A stretch of DNA of 35,891 nt from a virus (IMGVR_UViG_3300020360_000007:1-35891), one strand, 5' to 3'. Numbered from the stretch's first letter, positions 27,343-35,891 are shown. The notes: generated by a model not told the origin, from the letters alone. Numbers and translations are program-made.

Positions 27343-28002
27343 ATGAAATTAATAACAGAATACGTAGAAAATAATTTAGAAGTTATTGCAGAACAGAAAA
27401 AGAATGGAGAAAAGAATTACTTCATTGAAGGTGTGTTCATGCAATCTAACAAAAAGAACAGAAATGGTCGTGTATACGAGAAAGCAACTCTTGAAAATGC
27501 TGTAGAAAAATATGTGACCGAACAAGTTAAAACAGGAAGAGCAGTTGGAGAGTTAAATCATCCAGAAGGACCAACTGTAAACCTGGATAAAGTTTCACAT
27601 AAAATCGAAGATTTGCATTGGCAAGGAAGCGATGTTATAGGAAAGGCATCAATACTTAAAACCCCTATGGGAAAAATAGTCGAAGGACTTCTTGAAGGTG
27701 GTGTTAAGCTTGGTGTTTCAAGTCGTGGTATGGGAAGTCTTGTATCGAAGAATGGCGCTCAATATGTGGGAGATGACTTTATGTTATCTACAATCGATAT
27801 TGTTCAAGACCCAAGTGCTCCAAGTGCGTTTGTAAATGGAGTTATGGAAGGTGTTGAATGGGTATGGGATAATGGGCTTATTCGTCAACAAGATATTGAA
27901 GTAATTGAGACTGAAATCAAACGTGCTCCAAGTAAAGATTTACATGAAGCTGAAATAAGAGCGTTTAAAAATTTCCTCTCTAAATTAAATCTAAAAATAT
28001 AA
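27343..28002 (+). CDS. gp21: Prohead protease gp21
   Basis: MKLITE; NRNGRVY; GELNHP; GVSSRGMGS; DIVQDPSAP.AFV. Confidence 0.96.
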   Translation: MKLITEYVENNLEVIAEQKKNGEKNYFIEGVFMQSNKKNRNGRVYEKATLENAVEKYVTEQVKTGRAVGELNHPEGPTVNLDKVSHKIEDLHWQGSDVIGKASILKTPMGKIVEGLLEGGVKLGVSSRGMGSLVSKNGAQYVGDDFMLSTIDIVQDPSAPSAFVNGVMEGVEWVWDNGLIRQQDIEVIETEIKRAPSKDLHEAEIRAFKNFLSKLNLKI

Positions 28003-28013
28003 GGGAGACTATT

Positions 28014-29201
28014 ATGTCAGACGACGTTTTAAATAATGCCGAAGATATCGTAGATTCTGTTGAAGAAGAGCAAGTAGATGAGCTCGTTGAGAATGAAAAT
28101 TTAGACGAGGAATCATTGGAAGAAATGGCTCACGGTAAGAAGAAGAAAAAAGTTCATTCTGGTAAAAAGTATGAAGATATGAATTCTTCTGACGAAGACG
28201 AAGAAGAAGTTAAGGAAACTGAAGAAGAAGACGACGAGGAAGTTAAAGAATATAACGAACAAGAAGTCAAGCAAATGGAAGTTCCTAAAACTAAAGCTGG
28301 TGTCATTCAAGCAACAGTAAATATGATGAAAAAGGCTAACGCACAAGACGCAAAAAACCTTTATGCACAGTTAATCAAAGTTGATGGTGTATCAGATGAA
28401 ATCAAAACCGAAAAAGATGCAGAAAATGCAGTAAAAGGTAAAATGCCTGAACCTAAAGCAAAAGCTAAGGTTGAAGCAATTGATTTTGATGAAGACTTAG
28501 ATGCAATCATTAATGAAGAGGCTACTTTGTCTGAAGGATTCCGTGGAAAAGCAAGTGCAATTTTTGAAGCAGTACTTACTAGTAAGTTAAGCCAAGAAGT
28601 TGACAGACTCGAAGCAGAATATGCGCAAAACTTAGAAGAAGAAGTATCTGAAGTTCACACTTCATTAGTAGAAAAGGTAGATTCATATCTTAACTACGTA
28701 GTAGAAGGTTGGATGAAAGAAAATGAACTACAAGTGCAACAAGGTCTTAGGACTGAAATTGCTGAAGAGTTTATGACTTCACTTCAGTCAGTGTTCAAAG
28801 AGCACTATATAGAAGTACCTGAAGGTAAAGAAGACTTAGTTGATGACCTCAACGAACAAGTCACTGAACTAGAAGAGACTTTAAACAAAACCACAGAAGA
28901 TAATATCAAATTACATGAAGCTGTTCAAGAATATGAAAAGCAAGAAGTAGTAAGAGAACAATCTTCAGGGCTTGCAGAAACAGAAGCTGAAAAATTAGCA
29001 TCATTAGTAGAAGATATAGAATTCGATAACAAAGAAAGCTTTGAAGTCAAAGTTAAAACTGTTAAAGAATCTTACTTCAAAAATGATTCTGAAGAATCAG
29101 TGGACGAAGTAGACAGCTTATTAGGAGCAGGAGAGGTCGATGCAGACACTTCAGATTCTATGAGCCAATACACACAAGCTATAACTAATCACATTAAATA
29201 A
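28014..29201 (+). CDS. gp22: Prohead core scaffold gp22
   Basis: Highly acidic coiled coil; LSEGFRGKASAIFEA; VDSYLNYVVE.WM.EN; lies between gp21 and gp23. Confidence 0.92.
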   Translation: MSDDVLNNAEDIVDSVEEEQVDELVENENLDEESLEEMAHGKKKKKVHSGKKYEDMNSSDEDEEEVKETEEEDDEEVKEYNEQEVKQMEVPKTKAGVIQATVNMMKKANAQDAKNLYAQLIKVDGVSDEIKTEKDAENAVKGKMPEPKAKAKVEAIDFDEDLDAIINEEATLSEGFRGKASAIFEAVLTSKLSQEVDRLEAEYAQNLEEEVSEVHTSLVEKVDSYLNYVVEGWMKENELQVQQGLRTEIAEEFMTSLQSVFKEHYIEVPEGKEDLVDDLNEQVTELEETLNKTTEDNIKLHEAVQEYEKQEVVREQSSGLAETEAEKLASLVEDIEFDNKESFEVKVKTVKESYFKNDSEESVDEVDSLLGAGEVDADTSDSMSQYTQAITNHIK

Positions 29202-29213
29202 GGGAAACTAAAA

Positions 29214-30542
29214 ATGTTTAACGCAGATAGAAACTTAATGGAAAAGTGGGGTCCTGTACTCGATCACGAGTCAGTTTCACCTATCCAGGATAACTACAAG
29301 AAAGCTGTCACAGCTAGATTGTTAGAAAACCAAGAGGTTGCCCTACAAGAAGAAAGAAATCAAGCACAAGGAAATTTTATTTCTGAGGCTGCAGCTGCTA
29401 ATAATATTGGTGGCGGCAATATTGGTTCATTTGACCCAGTATTAATTTCTCTCGTACGTAGAGCTATGCCTAACCTTATTGCTTATGATATCGCTGGCGT
29501 TCAGCCAATGAGTGGTCCAACAGGACTTATCTTTGCAATGAAATCAAAATACTCAACCCAAGGCGGAACAGAAGCTTTAGGTTTAGACGAAGCCGATACT
29601 GATTTTTCAGGAACAGGTACACACCAAGCTGACCCAACAGGTCTAAGTGGCGTAACTGATGCTGATACTGACGCAACAATTGCGGACGAAGCTGATACAG
29701 TTTCAACATTCGGTTCTGGTCTTGGTACTGCAGCGGCAGAAAGACTTGGCGTTGGTGAATCCGGAGACGGTTCATTCGGCGAAATGGCATTCTCAATTGA
29801 GAAATCAACTGTGACTGCTAAGTCAAGAGCTTTAAAAGCTGAGTACACAATGGAATTAGCACAAGACCTTAAAGCAATCCATGGATTGGATGCTGAAGGC
29901 GAATTGGCTAATATCCTATCAGCTGAAATCTTAGCTGAAATCAACAGGGAAGTTGTTAGAACAATTTTAACAAAAGCTAAAATTGGTGCTTTACAAACTT
30001 CAACTGCTGTAAGTGGTATTTTTGATGTTAACACAGACTCAGACGGAAGATGGATGGTTGAGAGATTTAAAGGTCTCATCATGCAGATTGAGAGAGAATG
30101 TAATGTTATCGCTAAAGAAACAAGAAGAGGAAAAGGTAATTTCATTATCTGTTCTTCAGACGTAGCTTCAGCTTTAGCAGCTGCTGGAATGTTAGATTAC
30201 ACACCAGCTTTAAGCGCTAACTTAAACGTTGATGACACAGGTAATACTTTTGCTGGTGTTCTTAATGGAAGAGTTAAAGTTTACATCGATCCTTATGCAA
30301 CAACTGACTTCGTTTGTGTTGGATACAGAGGAACTAACCCGTATGACGCTGGTATGTTCTATTGTCCTTACGTACCTTTAACAATGGTTAAAGCAGTGGG
30401 TGAGAACGATTTCCAACCAAGAATGGGATTCAAAACTAGATACGGTATGGTCGCAAACCCATTCGTAGCTGCTGATGGCGTGGGTACTAACCGTGCTAAC
30501 CAGTACTTTAGAATCTTCAGAGTTGACGACATCATGGTGTAA
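29214..30542 (+). CDS. gp23: Major capsid protein gp23
   Basis: LISLVRRAMPNLIAYDIAGVQPMSGPTGLIFA; AKSRALKAEYTMELAQDLKAIHGLDAE; YCPYVPL; FQPRMGFKTRYG; probable gp21 site FISE|A. Confidence 0.98.
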   Translation: MFNADRNLMEKWGPVLDHESVSPIQDNYKKAVTARLLENQEVALQEERNQAQGNFISEAAAANNIGGGNIGSFDPVLISLVRRAMPNLIAYDIAGVQPMSGPTGLIFAMKSKYSTQGGTEALGLDEADTDFSGTGTHQADPTGLSGVTDADTDATIADEADTVSTFGSGLGTAAAERLGVGESGDGSFGEMAFSIEKSTVTAKSRALKAEYTMELAQDLKAIHGLDAEGELANILSAEILAEINREVVRTILTKAKIGALQTSTAVSGIFDVNTDSDGRWMVERFKGLIMQIERECNVIAKETRRGKGNFIICSSDVASALAAAGMLDYTPALSANLNVDDTGNTFAGVLNGRVKVYIDPYATTDFVCVGYRGTNPYDAGMFYCPYVPLTMVKAVGENDFQPRMGFKTRYGMVANPFVAADGVGTNRANQYFRIFRVDDIMV

Positions 30543-30566
30543 GCCAGAGTTAATCACACTCAATTT

Positions 30567-30596
30567 AAGGGGGCTTTTTTAAAGCCCTCTTTTTTT
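30567..30596 (+). terminator. Rho-independent terminator after gp23
   Basis: AAGGGGGCTTT-TTT-AAAGCCCTCTT hairpin followed by a T-run. Confidence 0.88.
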
Positions 30597-30649
30597 GTGT
30601 ATATATAATATAGTACATAATAAAACACATACACACAGGAGGAATAATT

Positions 30650-30868
30650 ATGTCAAACGCAAATAAAAGCGGTTATGAAATAAGAGCCGATTTACTCTCA
30701 TTAGCTGAAGGAATCTTAACTGGTAATATCCATAGAGATAACGATGCTGTTCACGTTCACAACGATAACTTTCCAAACGACAAAAGAATATTGGGCGACC
30801 AGTTTGTTTCTGTCGAAGAAGTTATTTCTACTGCAAGAGTTTTAAATGACTTTGTAAACGAGAAGTAA
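30650..30868 (+). CDS. Hypothetical phage protein (72 aa)
   Basis: Strong Shine-Dalgarno AGGAGG; YEIRADLL.LA ... EEVI..A..LN.FV two-helix pattern; function unknown. Confidence 0.8.
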   Translation: MSNANKSGYEIRADLLSLAEGILTGNIHRDNDAVHVHNDNFPNDKRILGDQFVSVEEVISTARVLNDFVNEK

Positions 30869-30873
30869 AATCT

Positions 30874-30881
30874 TATAAATA
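30874..30881 (+). promoter_or_regulatory. T4-type late promoter, 5 nt before the gp3 ATG
   Basis: TATAAATA-GATAT-ATG. Confidence 0.85.
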
Positions 30882-30886
30882 GATAT

Positions 30887-31357
30887 ATGGCAACATTAAC
30901 TACAAATAAAAATTTTTTAAGTCCGGTAGGGTTTCAATTTAAAGTTGATAGTACTAAATACCCGAACTTAGAATATTTCGCAGTGGCGTGTACATTACCT
31001 GGAATCAGCATGACACCCACTGTGACGCCATATAAAGGAGTCAATTTGCAATTTACAGGTGATAGACTCCAATTTGAAGATTTAGGTTTACGTATGAATA
31101 TAACTGAAAATCTAGATAATTATATTGAAACATTTAATTGGTTGCATGATGTAGCTCAAACTGGAGCAGCTGAAGATTTAAAAGCTGATGCTACTTTACT
31201 TATACTTTCATCTCATAATAATGTAGTAAAAGAAGTAGAGTTTAAAGGAGTATTTCCTATATCAATGTCACCAATAGAATTTGATGCACAAGCTGAATCA
31301 ATTGATTATGTTCAAATGGATGTAAGTTTTTCTTATACGTATTTTCAATTTAAATAA
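30887..31357 (+). CDS. gp3: Tail completion / tube terminator gp3-like
   Basis: NFLSPVGFQF; TLPGIS; GDRLQFEDL; DATLLILSS; FPISMS.IEFD; position after gp23 and before uvsY as in aquatic T4-like phages. Confidence 0.85.
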   Translation: MATLTTNKNFLSPVGFQFKVDSTKYPNLEYFAVACTLPGISMTPTVTPYKGVNLQFTGDRLQFEDLGLRMNITENLDNYIETFNWLHDVAQTGAAEDLKADATLLILSSHNNVVKEVEFKGVFPISMSPIEFDAQAESIDYVQMDVSFSYTYFQFK

Positions 31358-31364
31358 AATAACA

Positions 31365-31394
31365 GTTTACTTTTTCACAAAAGTATGATATAAT
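31365..31394 (+). promoter_or_regulatory. Early-type sigma70 promoter for uvsY-uvsW
   Basis: GTTTACT, 17-nt spacer, extended -10 TGaTATAAT (hexamer 31389-94). Confidence 0.8.
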
Positions 31395-31404
31395 ATATAA
31401 TAGT

Positions 31405-31851
31405 ATGAACAATTTGCAACAAATATTAGAAATGTGGAAAACCGACTCGGTTATAGATGAAATGAATCTAGATGAAACATCAAGAGATTCCGCAAAACTC
31501 CATGGTAAATACCTAGAAATACTTTCAGTAAACCGAATGAAACTCAAAAAAGCCGAACTTGAATTTAAGGTGCTTCTTAAAGACAAATGGATGCATTATA
31601 ACGGCAAGATGAGTAAAGAAGAAATAGACGAAAAAGGTTGGGACTATGACCCACTTAACGGTCTAACAGTTTTAAAAGGGGATATGGATTATTACTACGA
31701 CTCTGACCCTATCATACAAGAAGCTCAAGCTAAAATAGAATATCTAAAAGAAGTATGTGATACTACTAAAGAGATACTTGAGAATATTAAATGGAGACAT
31801 CAAAACATAAAGAACATGATTGAATGGAGGAAGTTCACCAGCGGAATCTAA
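31405..31851 (+). CDS. uvsY: Recombination mediator UvsY
   Basis: W..DS.ID...LD; LHGKYL; W.HY.GK; Y..SD; I.WR...IKN.IEWRKF.SG. Confidence 0.9.
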   Translation: MNNLQQILEMWKTDSVIDEMNLDETSRDSAKLHGKYLEILSVNRMKLKKAELEFKVLLKDKWMHYNGKMSKEEIDEKGWDYDPLNGLTVLKGDMDYYYDSDPIIQEAQAKIEYLKEVCDTTKEILENIKWRHQNIKNMIEWRKFTSGI

Positions 31852-33365
31852 TGGATACGATAACCATTCAAAAGAAGAACGAAGTCTTCTTAAATGTTCA
31901 ATGTGACCCATCAATAGAAATGGAACTGTCAGAACATTTTCAGTTCTTTGTACCCGGATATAAATTTATGCCAGCCTACCGTAATAGAATGTGGGACGGT
32001 AAAATAAGATTATTTGATTCTAGAAAGAAAACATTATACACAGGACTATACAAATATTTACGTGAGTTTTGTGAAGTTAGAGATTATAACCTAGAAGTGA
32101 TAGAATCACCACAATATGGTACACTAGAATCCGCCCTAGAGCCCAACATCGAGGGGCTATTATCGCAAATTTCCCTCTCTGTGAATGGAGGGGATATAAC
32201 ACCTAGACTATATCAGTTAGAGGGACTCTCGCACACGCTTTCGAAAGAGAAATCCTTATTGCTATCACCTACTGCTTCTGGAAAGAGTTTAATCATATAT
32301 TTAGCTATAAGATATTACTTAGATGTTTTTGATGGTAATGTATTATTAATAGTACCTACGACATCATTAGTAGAGCAAATGTATTCTGATTTTGGAGACT
32401 ATTCTTCTAAGGATACTTGGTCTCATGAAGAAAACTGTCATAGAATATATTCAGGTAAAGAGAAGTTTGAAGTAAATAAAAGAGTCTTTATATCAACTTG
32501 GCAATCAGTTTATAAATTACCACAATCCTGGTTTGCTGATTTTGGCATGGTTGTAGGAGATGAAGCTCATAATTTTAAAGCAAAGTCATTAACATCTATT
32601 ATGGAAAAATGTACTAATGCAAAATATCGTATAGGTACTACTGGAACATTAGATGGAACACAAACTCATCAGTTAGTATTAGAAGGTTTATTTGGTCCAG
32701 TATATCAAGTCACTACTACAAAAGAATTAATAGATAATGACGATTTAAGTCAATTAGATATAAATATATTAATATTAAAATATAAAGAAGAATACTGTAA
32801 GCAGATAATAAAAGAAAAGTATCAACAAGAGTTAGATTTTATAGTAAGATACGAGCCTCGTAATCGATTTATAAGTAATTTAGCTTTGGACCAAAAAGGT
32901 AATACATTAATATTATTTAATTATGTAGAAAAACATGGTAAACCTTTACATGATTTATTAAGAAAAAAGATTGATAGTCATACATACTTTTCTAAAAATA
33001 GAAAACTGTTTTATGTATCTGGAGAAACAGATGTCGATACAAGAGAATCGGTCCGTGAGATTACTGAAAAAGAAAAGGACGCCATTATTGTTGCTTCCAT
33101 TGGAACTTTTAGCACTGGTATTAACATCAGGAATCTACATAATATTATCTTTGCTAGTCCAAGTAAAAGTCAAATTAGAGTCCTTCAATCGATTGGACGA
33201 GGATTAAGAAAAAGCGATAATAATCAGCAAACTAAAATATACGATATAGCAGATGACTTACATTGGAAATCTCAAAAGAATTACACATTACAACATGCCG
33301 CTGAAAGAATTAAAATATATTCAAAAGAACGATTCAATTACAAGATGTTTGATATAAATATATAA
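31851..33365 (+). CDS. uvsW: SF2 DNA/RNA helicase UvsW (probable start 31851, TAATG-coupled to uvsY)
   Basis: WDGKIRLF; SPTASGKS; VPTTSLVEQM; DEAH; GTTGTL; QSIGRGLR. Confidence 0.95.
   Translation: MDTITIQKKNEVFLNVQCDPSIEMELSEHFQFFVPGYKFMPAYRNRMWDGKIRLFDSRKKTLYTGLYKYLREFCEVRDYNLEVIESPQYGTLESALEPNIEGLLSQISLSVNGGDITPRLYQLEGLSHTLSKEKSLLLSPTASGKSLIIYLAIRYYLDVFDGNVLLIVPTTSLVEQMYSDFGDYSSKDTWSHEENCHRIYSGKEKFEVNKRVFISTWQSVYKLPQSWFADFGMVVGDEAHNFKAKSLTSIMEKCTNAKYRIGTTGTLDGTQTHQLVLEGLFGPVYQVTTTKELIDNDDLSQLDINILILKYKEEYCKQIIKEKYQQELDFIVRYEPRNRFISNLALDQKGNTLILFNYVEKHGKPLHDLLRKKIDSHTYFSKNRKLFYVSGETDVDTRESVREITEKEKDAIIVASIGTFSTGINIRNLHNIIFASPSKSQIRVLQSIGRGLRKSDNNQQTKIYDIADDLHWKSQKNYTLQHAAERIKIYSKERFNYKMFDINI
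33353..33360 (+). promoter_or_regulatory. T4-type late promoter inside the 3' end of uvsW
   Basis: TATAAATA 6 nt before ATG 33367. Confidence 0.7.
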
Positions 33366-33366
33366 T

Positions 33367-33759
33367 ATGGAAGGACTAAATATAAGACACTTTAAACTTA
33401 TGAATGGCGAAGAGATTATTGGTCTCGTTGCTGTTAAAAATAAAGATAATTATATTGTGGAAAGACCGGTAAGGCTGAATCCAAGTATGTTAGGTGGTAT
33501 TCAGTTTAGCGCATGGTTTCCTTTCAGTGATGCAAAACAATTTAAAATAAGAATGAGCGATATTATACAACACGTTCCTGTAGCAGAGACTATCAAAGAA
33601 ACGTATGTGCAATTTGCTCTTAAAATGGATAAACCCGTTGAGTCAGTTCAGACTAAGTCAGACCAGGAAATCTTAGAAGAATATGAGAACCGTCTGGCCA
33701 ATGATATGTACGAAGACGGATTACCTGAAGAGTTGGATAAGAAGCGTACTTTACACTAA
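33367..33759 (+). CDS. Hypothetical protein, N-terminus suggests an Sm-like small beta-barrel
   Basis: FKLMNGEEIIG...VERP...W.PFS; C-terminal KRTLH; lies between uvsW and gp55. Confidence 0.75.
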   Translation: MEGLNIRHFKLMNGEEIIGLVAVKNKDNYIVERPVRLNPSMLGGIQFSAWFPFSDAKQFKIRMSDIIQHVPVAETIKETYVQFALKMDKPVESVQTKSDQEILEEYENRLANDMYEDGLPEELDKKRTLH

Positions 33760-33795
33760 TTTAGTATACCTCTATCCTCCCCGGATGACTATATT

Positions 33796-33825
33796 ATTAT
33801 ATCATACTTTGGGAGATTTGTAAAC
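33796..33825 (-). promoter_or_regulatory. Minus-strand early-type promoter with no downstream ORF
   Basis: The reverse complement reads GTTTACA-AATCTCCCAAAGTA-TGA-TATAAT with a 17-nt spacer. It shares AAAGTATGATATAAT with the uvsY promoter. Confidence 0.75.
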
Positions 33826-33856
33826 GGTTATTTCACCAAAAAGTGAAAAAAAATAT

Positions 33857-33886
33857 GTTTACTTTTCTTTGAAAATATGTTATAAT
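33857..33886 (+). promoter_or_regulatory. Early-type sigma70 promoter for gp55-47-46
   Basis: A-tract (UP-element-like), GTTTACT, 17-nt spacer, TGtTATAAT (hexamer 33881-86). Confidence 0.82.
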
Positions 33887-33907
33887 ATAATATTATGGAG
33901 ATAAATT

Positions 33908-34489
33908 ATGGCACAAAAACTAAAGCCTAAAGAAAAACCGCATTATGTCAATAACAGAGAATTCTCTCAAGCAGTTATGGACTATGCAGTCGAAGCTCGT
34001 GCAGCGAGAGATAATAATACACAAGTACCAAAAGTCACAGATTACATAGCAAAATGTTTTATACGTATTGCTGAAGGTCTTTCCCATAGACCAAACTTTG
34101 TAAGGTATACTTATAGAGAAGAAATGGTTATGGATGCTGTTGAAAATTGTTTAAGAGCAATTGCTAATTACAATATAGAAACAGCTACAAGAACTGGTAA
34201 GCCTAATGCATTTTCGTACTTTACTCAAATTTGTTATTTTGCATTTATACGTAGAATTACAAAAGAAAAGAAACAACAAGATATTAAATTTAAGTTCATC
34301 GAAAAGATGGGTATAGAAGATTTTGTTGCAATGGGTATGGATAACGAAGGAGCAGAACAAACAATGGCTTATGTAGATACATTAAGACAAAGAATTGGTA
34401 CTATTCGTACAAAAGATGAAGCTATTAAGAAATTTGCAAAAGAGGAGAAAAAGCGAGAGAAAGAAAAGCTTGAGCTGTTTATGTCATGA
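33908..34489 (+). CDS. gp55: Late transcription sigma factor gp55
   Basis: HYVNN.EF; IAEGLSHRPNF.RYTYREEM..DAVENCL; NAFSYFTQICYFAF.RRI.KEKKQ. Confidence 0.95.
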   Translation: MAQKLKPKEKPHYVNNREFSQAVMDYAVEARAARDNNTQVPKVTDYIAKCFIRIAEGLSHRPNFVRYTYREEMVMDAVENCLRAIANYNIETATRTGKPNAFSYFTQICYFAFIRRITKEKKQQDIKFKFIEKMGIEDFVAMGMDNEGAEQTMAYVDTLRQRIGTIRTKDEAIKKFAKEEKKREKEKLELFMS

Positions 34490-34701
34490 AAAAAATGAGT
34501 CAAAAGCAAAAGAATCGTAATAATGTTATATCAGAAAAAAGAATGGCTAAAGCTAAAAAAAGAAAGCCACATCTTAAACAAGTAGCAGAATCTATGAGAA
34601 AAGTAGCATTATCATATAGAAGAATAGAAAAGTCTAATAGACAAATGATAAAGTTAGCTAAACAATCTCAAGCAATAAAAAGTCAAGGAAAGGCGTTATG
34701 A
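34486..34701 (+). CDS. Highly basic hypothetical protein (71 aa)
   Basis: ATGA overlaps with both neighbours; 16 K and 7 R against 3 E and no D. Confidence 0.7.
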   Translation: MKKMSQKQKNRNNVISEKRMAKAKKRKPHLKQVAESMRKVALSYRRIEKSNRQMIKLAKQSQAIKSQGKAL

Positions 34702-35759
34702 AAGTAGCTATATTGAATGACACTCATTGCGGTGTCAGAAATAGTAGTGATATATTTCTTAAATACCAAGAAAGATTCTATGAAGAGATATTCTTTCCAT
34801 ATTTAAAAGAACATAACATTACACAAATATTACATTTAGGAGATTATTATGAACATCGTAAATTTGTTAACTTCAAAGCTCTTAACCAGAATAGAAAACA
34901 TTTTCTCGAACCCTTACGGGATGCAGGGATTTCTATGGATATTATTCCTGGTAATCACGATGTTTATTTTAAGAACACAAACGAACTTTGTAGTTTAAAA
35001 GAATTACTAGGCTACTTCACGTCTAACGTTAATATTGTCATGAAGCCAACTGTACTAGATTATGATGGACTTGGAGTAGCAGTAATACCTTGGATTAATA
35101 ATTCAAATTATGAAGAATATACTAAGTGGGCTATGCAATGCAAAGCTCCTATACTTGGTGCTCATTTGGAATTGAAAGGATTCGACATGATGGCAGGGAT
35201 GCCTAATCCACATGGTATGAGTGCTGATGTTTTTTCTAGATTTGAAATGGTTCTATCAGGACATTTCCATACAAAATCAAGTCAAGGCAACGTGACCTAT
35301 CTTGGTTCTCAAATGGAGTTTACTTGGGCTGATGTAGATGACCCTAAGTATTTTCATGTACTTGATACTGAAACAAGAGAAATAGAAGCTGTAAGAAATC
35401 CAATAACAATATTTAAGAAAGTCATATATGATGATAGTAAAGTTGATTATGACAAAGTTGATGTCAGTCAGTTTGAAAAACATTTTATCAAGCTGATTGT
35501 TATAAATAAAAATGACCTGTATATGTTTGACAAGTTTATTGACAGATTACAGAATATAGAAACATATGAGCTTAAAATAGCTGAAAGCTTTGAAGAGTAT
35601 TTGGGAGAAAGCGTAAAAGACGAGAAAATATCCCTGGAAGATACTAACGAACTTCTAGACTCTTATGTTGATGCTGTAGATACTGACTTAGATAAAGAAC
35701 ATATAAAGGTTGAATTAAGAAAACTATATACTGAAGCACAAAACTTAGAGGTAGTATGA
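34698..35759 (+). CDS. gp47: Recombination endonuclease subunit gp47 (Mre11/SbcD-like)
   Basis: DTHCG; HLGD; GNHD; GAH; SGHFH; YLGS metallophosphoesterase motifs. Confidence 0.95.
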   Translation: MKVAILNDTHCGVRNSSDIFLKYQERFYEEIFFPYLKEHNITQILHLGDYYEHRKFVNFKALNQNRKHFLEPLRDAGISMDIIPGNHDVYFKNTNELCSLKELLGYFTSNVNIVMKPTVLDYDGLGVAVIPWINNSNYEEYTKWAMQCKAPILGAHLELKGFDMMAGMPNPHGMSADVFSRFEMVLSGHFHTKSSQGNVTYLGSQMEFTWADVDDPKYFHVLDTETREIEAVRNPITIFKKVIYDDSKVDYDKVDVSQFEKHFIKLIVINKNDLYMFDKFIDRLQNIETYELKIAESFEEYLGESVKDEKISLEDTNELLDSYVDAVDTDLDKEHIKVELRKLYTEAQNLEVV

Positions 35760-35891
35760 TACATTTTAAATCATGTGAGTGGGAGAACTTTCTTTCCACT
35801 GGCAGTGACCCTATAAAAATACAACTAGATAGAACTCCAACAACATTAATCGTAGGCCAAAATGGCGCAGGTAAATCTACTTTACTTGATG
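35756..35891 (+). CDS. gp46: Recombination ATPase subunit gp46 (Rad50/SbcC-like), 3'-truncated
   Basis: Translates as MIHFKSCEWENFLSTG...TLIVGQNGAGKSTLLD (Walker A); ATGA overlap with gp47. Confidence 0.92.
   Translation, partial: MIHFKSCEWENFLSTGSDPIKIQLDRTPTTLIVGQNGAGKSTLLD

Noticed and set aside
29501-30145. 214-aa minus-strand ORF inside gp23
   Set aside because: It is in codon register with gp23, a shadow expected from codon bias; no promoter, RBS or recognisable motif.
20388-30542. Introns, inteins or homing endonucleases in gp17, gp20 or gp23
   Set aside because: The ORFs are uninterrupted and of ordinary length; no HNH, GIY-YIG or intein motifs seen.
31824-31850. Upstream start for uvsW given in the track
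   Set aside because: It lies inside the conserved uvsY C-terminus; TAATG coupling at 31851 matches other junctions.
1-35891. tRNA/rRNA genes or stop-codon reassignment
   Set aside because: Intergenic gaps are short with no cloverleaf seen. Core genes are full length under the standard code and use TAA, TAG and TGA stops.

Overview
The window is a segment of an AT-rich T4-like myovirus genome (roughly one third GC by eye; the gene order resembles aquatic T4-like phages). All real genes lie on the + strand. Bases 1-17.3 kb hold a tandem array of six large modular tail-fibre/receptor-binding genes. Three end in S74-type self-cleaving chaperones, two are followed by tiny translationally coupled partner ORFs, and one looks like a multi-domain hub. 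Bases 17.3-31.4 kb are the T4 morphogenesis core (gp13, 14, 15, 16, 17, 18, 19, 20, a small core protein, 21, 22, 23, an unknown ORF, gp3), with a RimK-family ATP-grasp ligase inserted between the large terminase and the sheath. Bases 31.4-35.9 kb hold uvsY, uvsW, an unknown ORF, late sigma gp55, a very basic ORF, gp47 and the start of gp46. T4 late promoters (TATAAATA) and early-type promoters (GTTTAC-N17-TGnTATAAT) are readable. The best leads are: (1) a RimK ligase with a putative capsid-targeting/prohead-protease leader; (2) a possible branched multi-fibre adsorption apparatus with both conserved DNA repeats and synonymously divergent paralogous modules; (3) an orphan antisense early promoter with a purine-rich transcript beside uvsW/gp55; (4) RNA structures and leaderless late mRNAs that may set virion protein stoichiometry. 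All assignments come from motif recognition and synteny; no searches were run.
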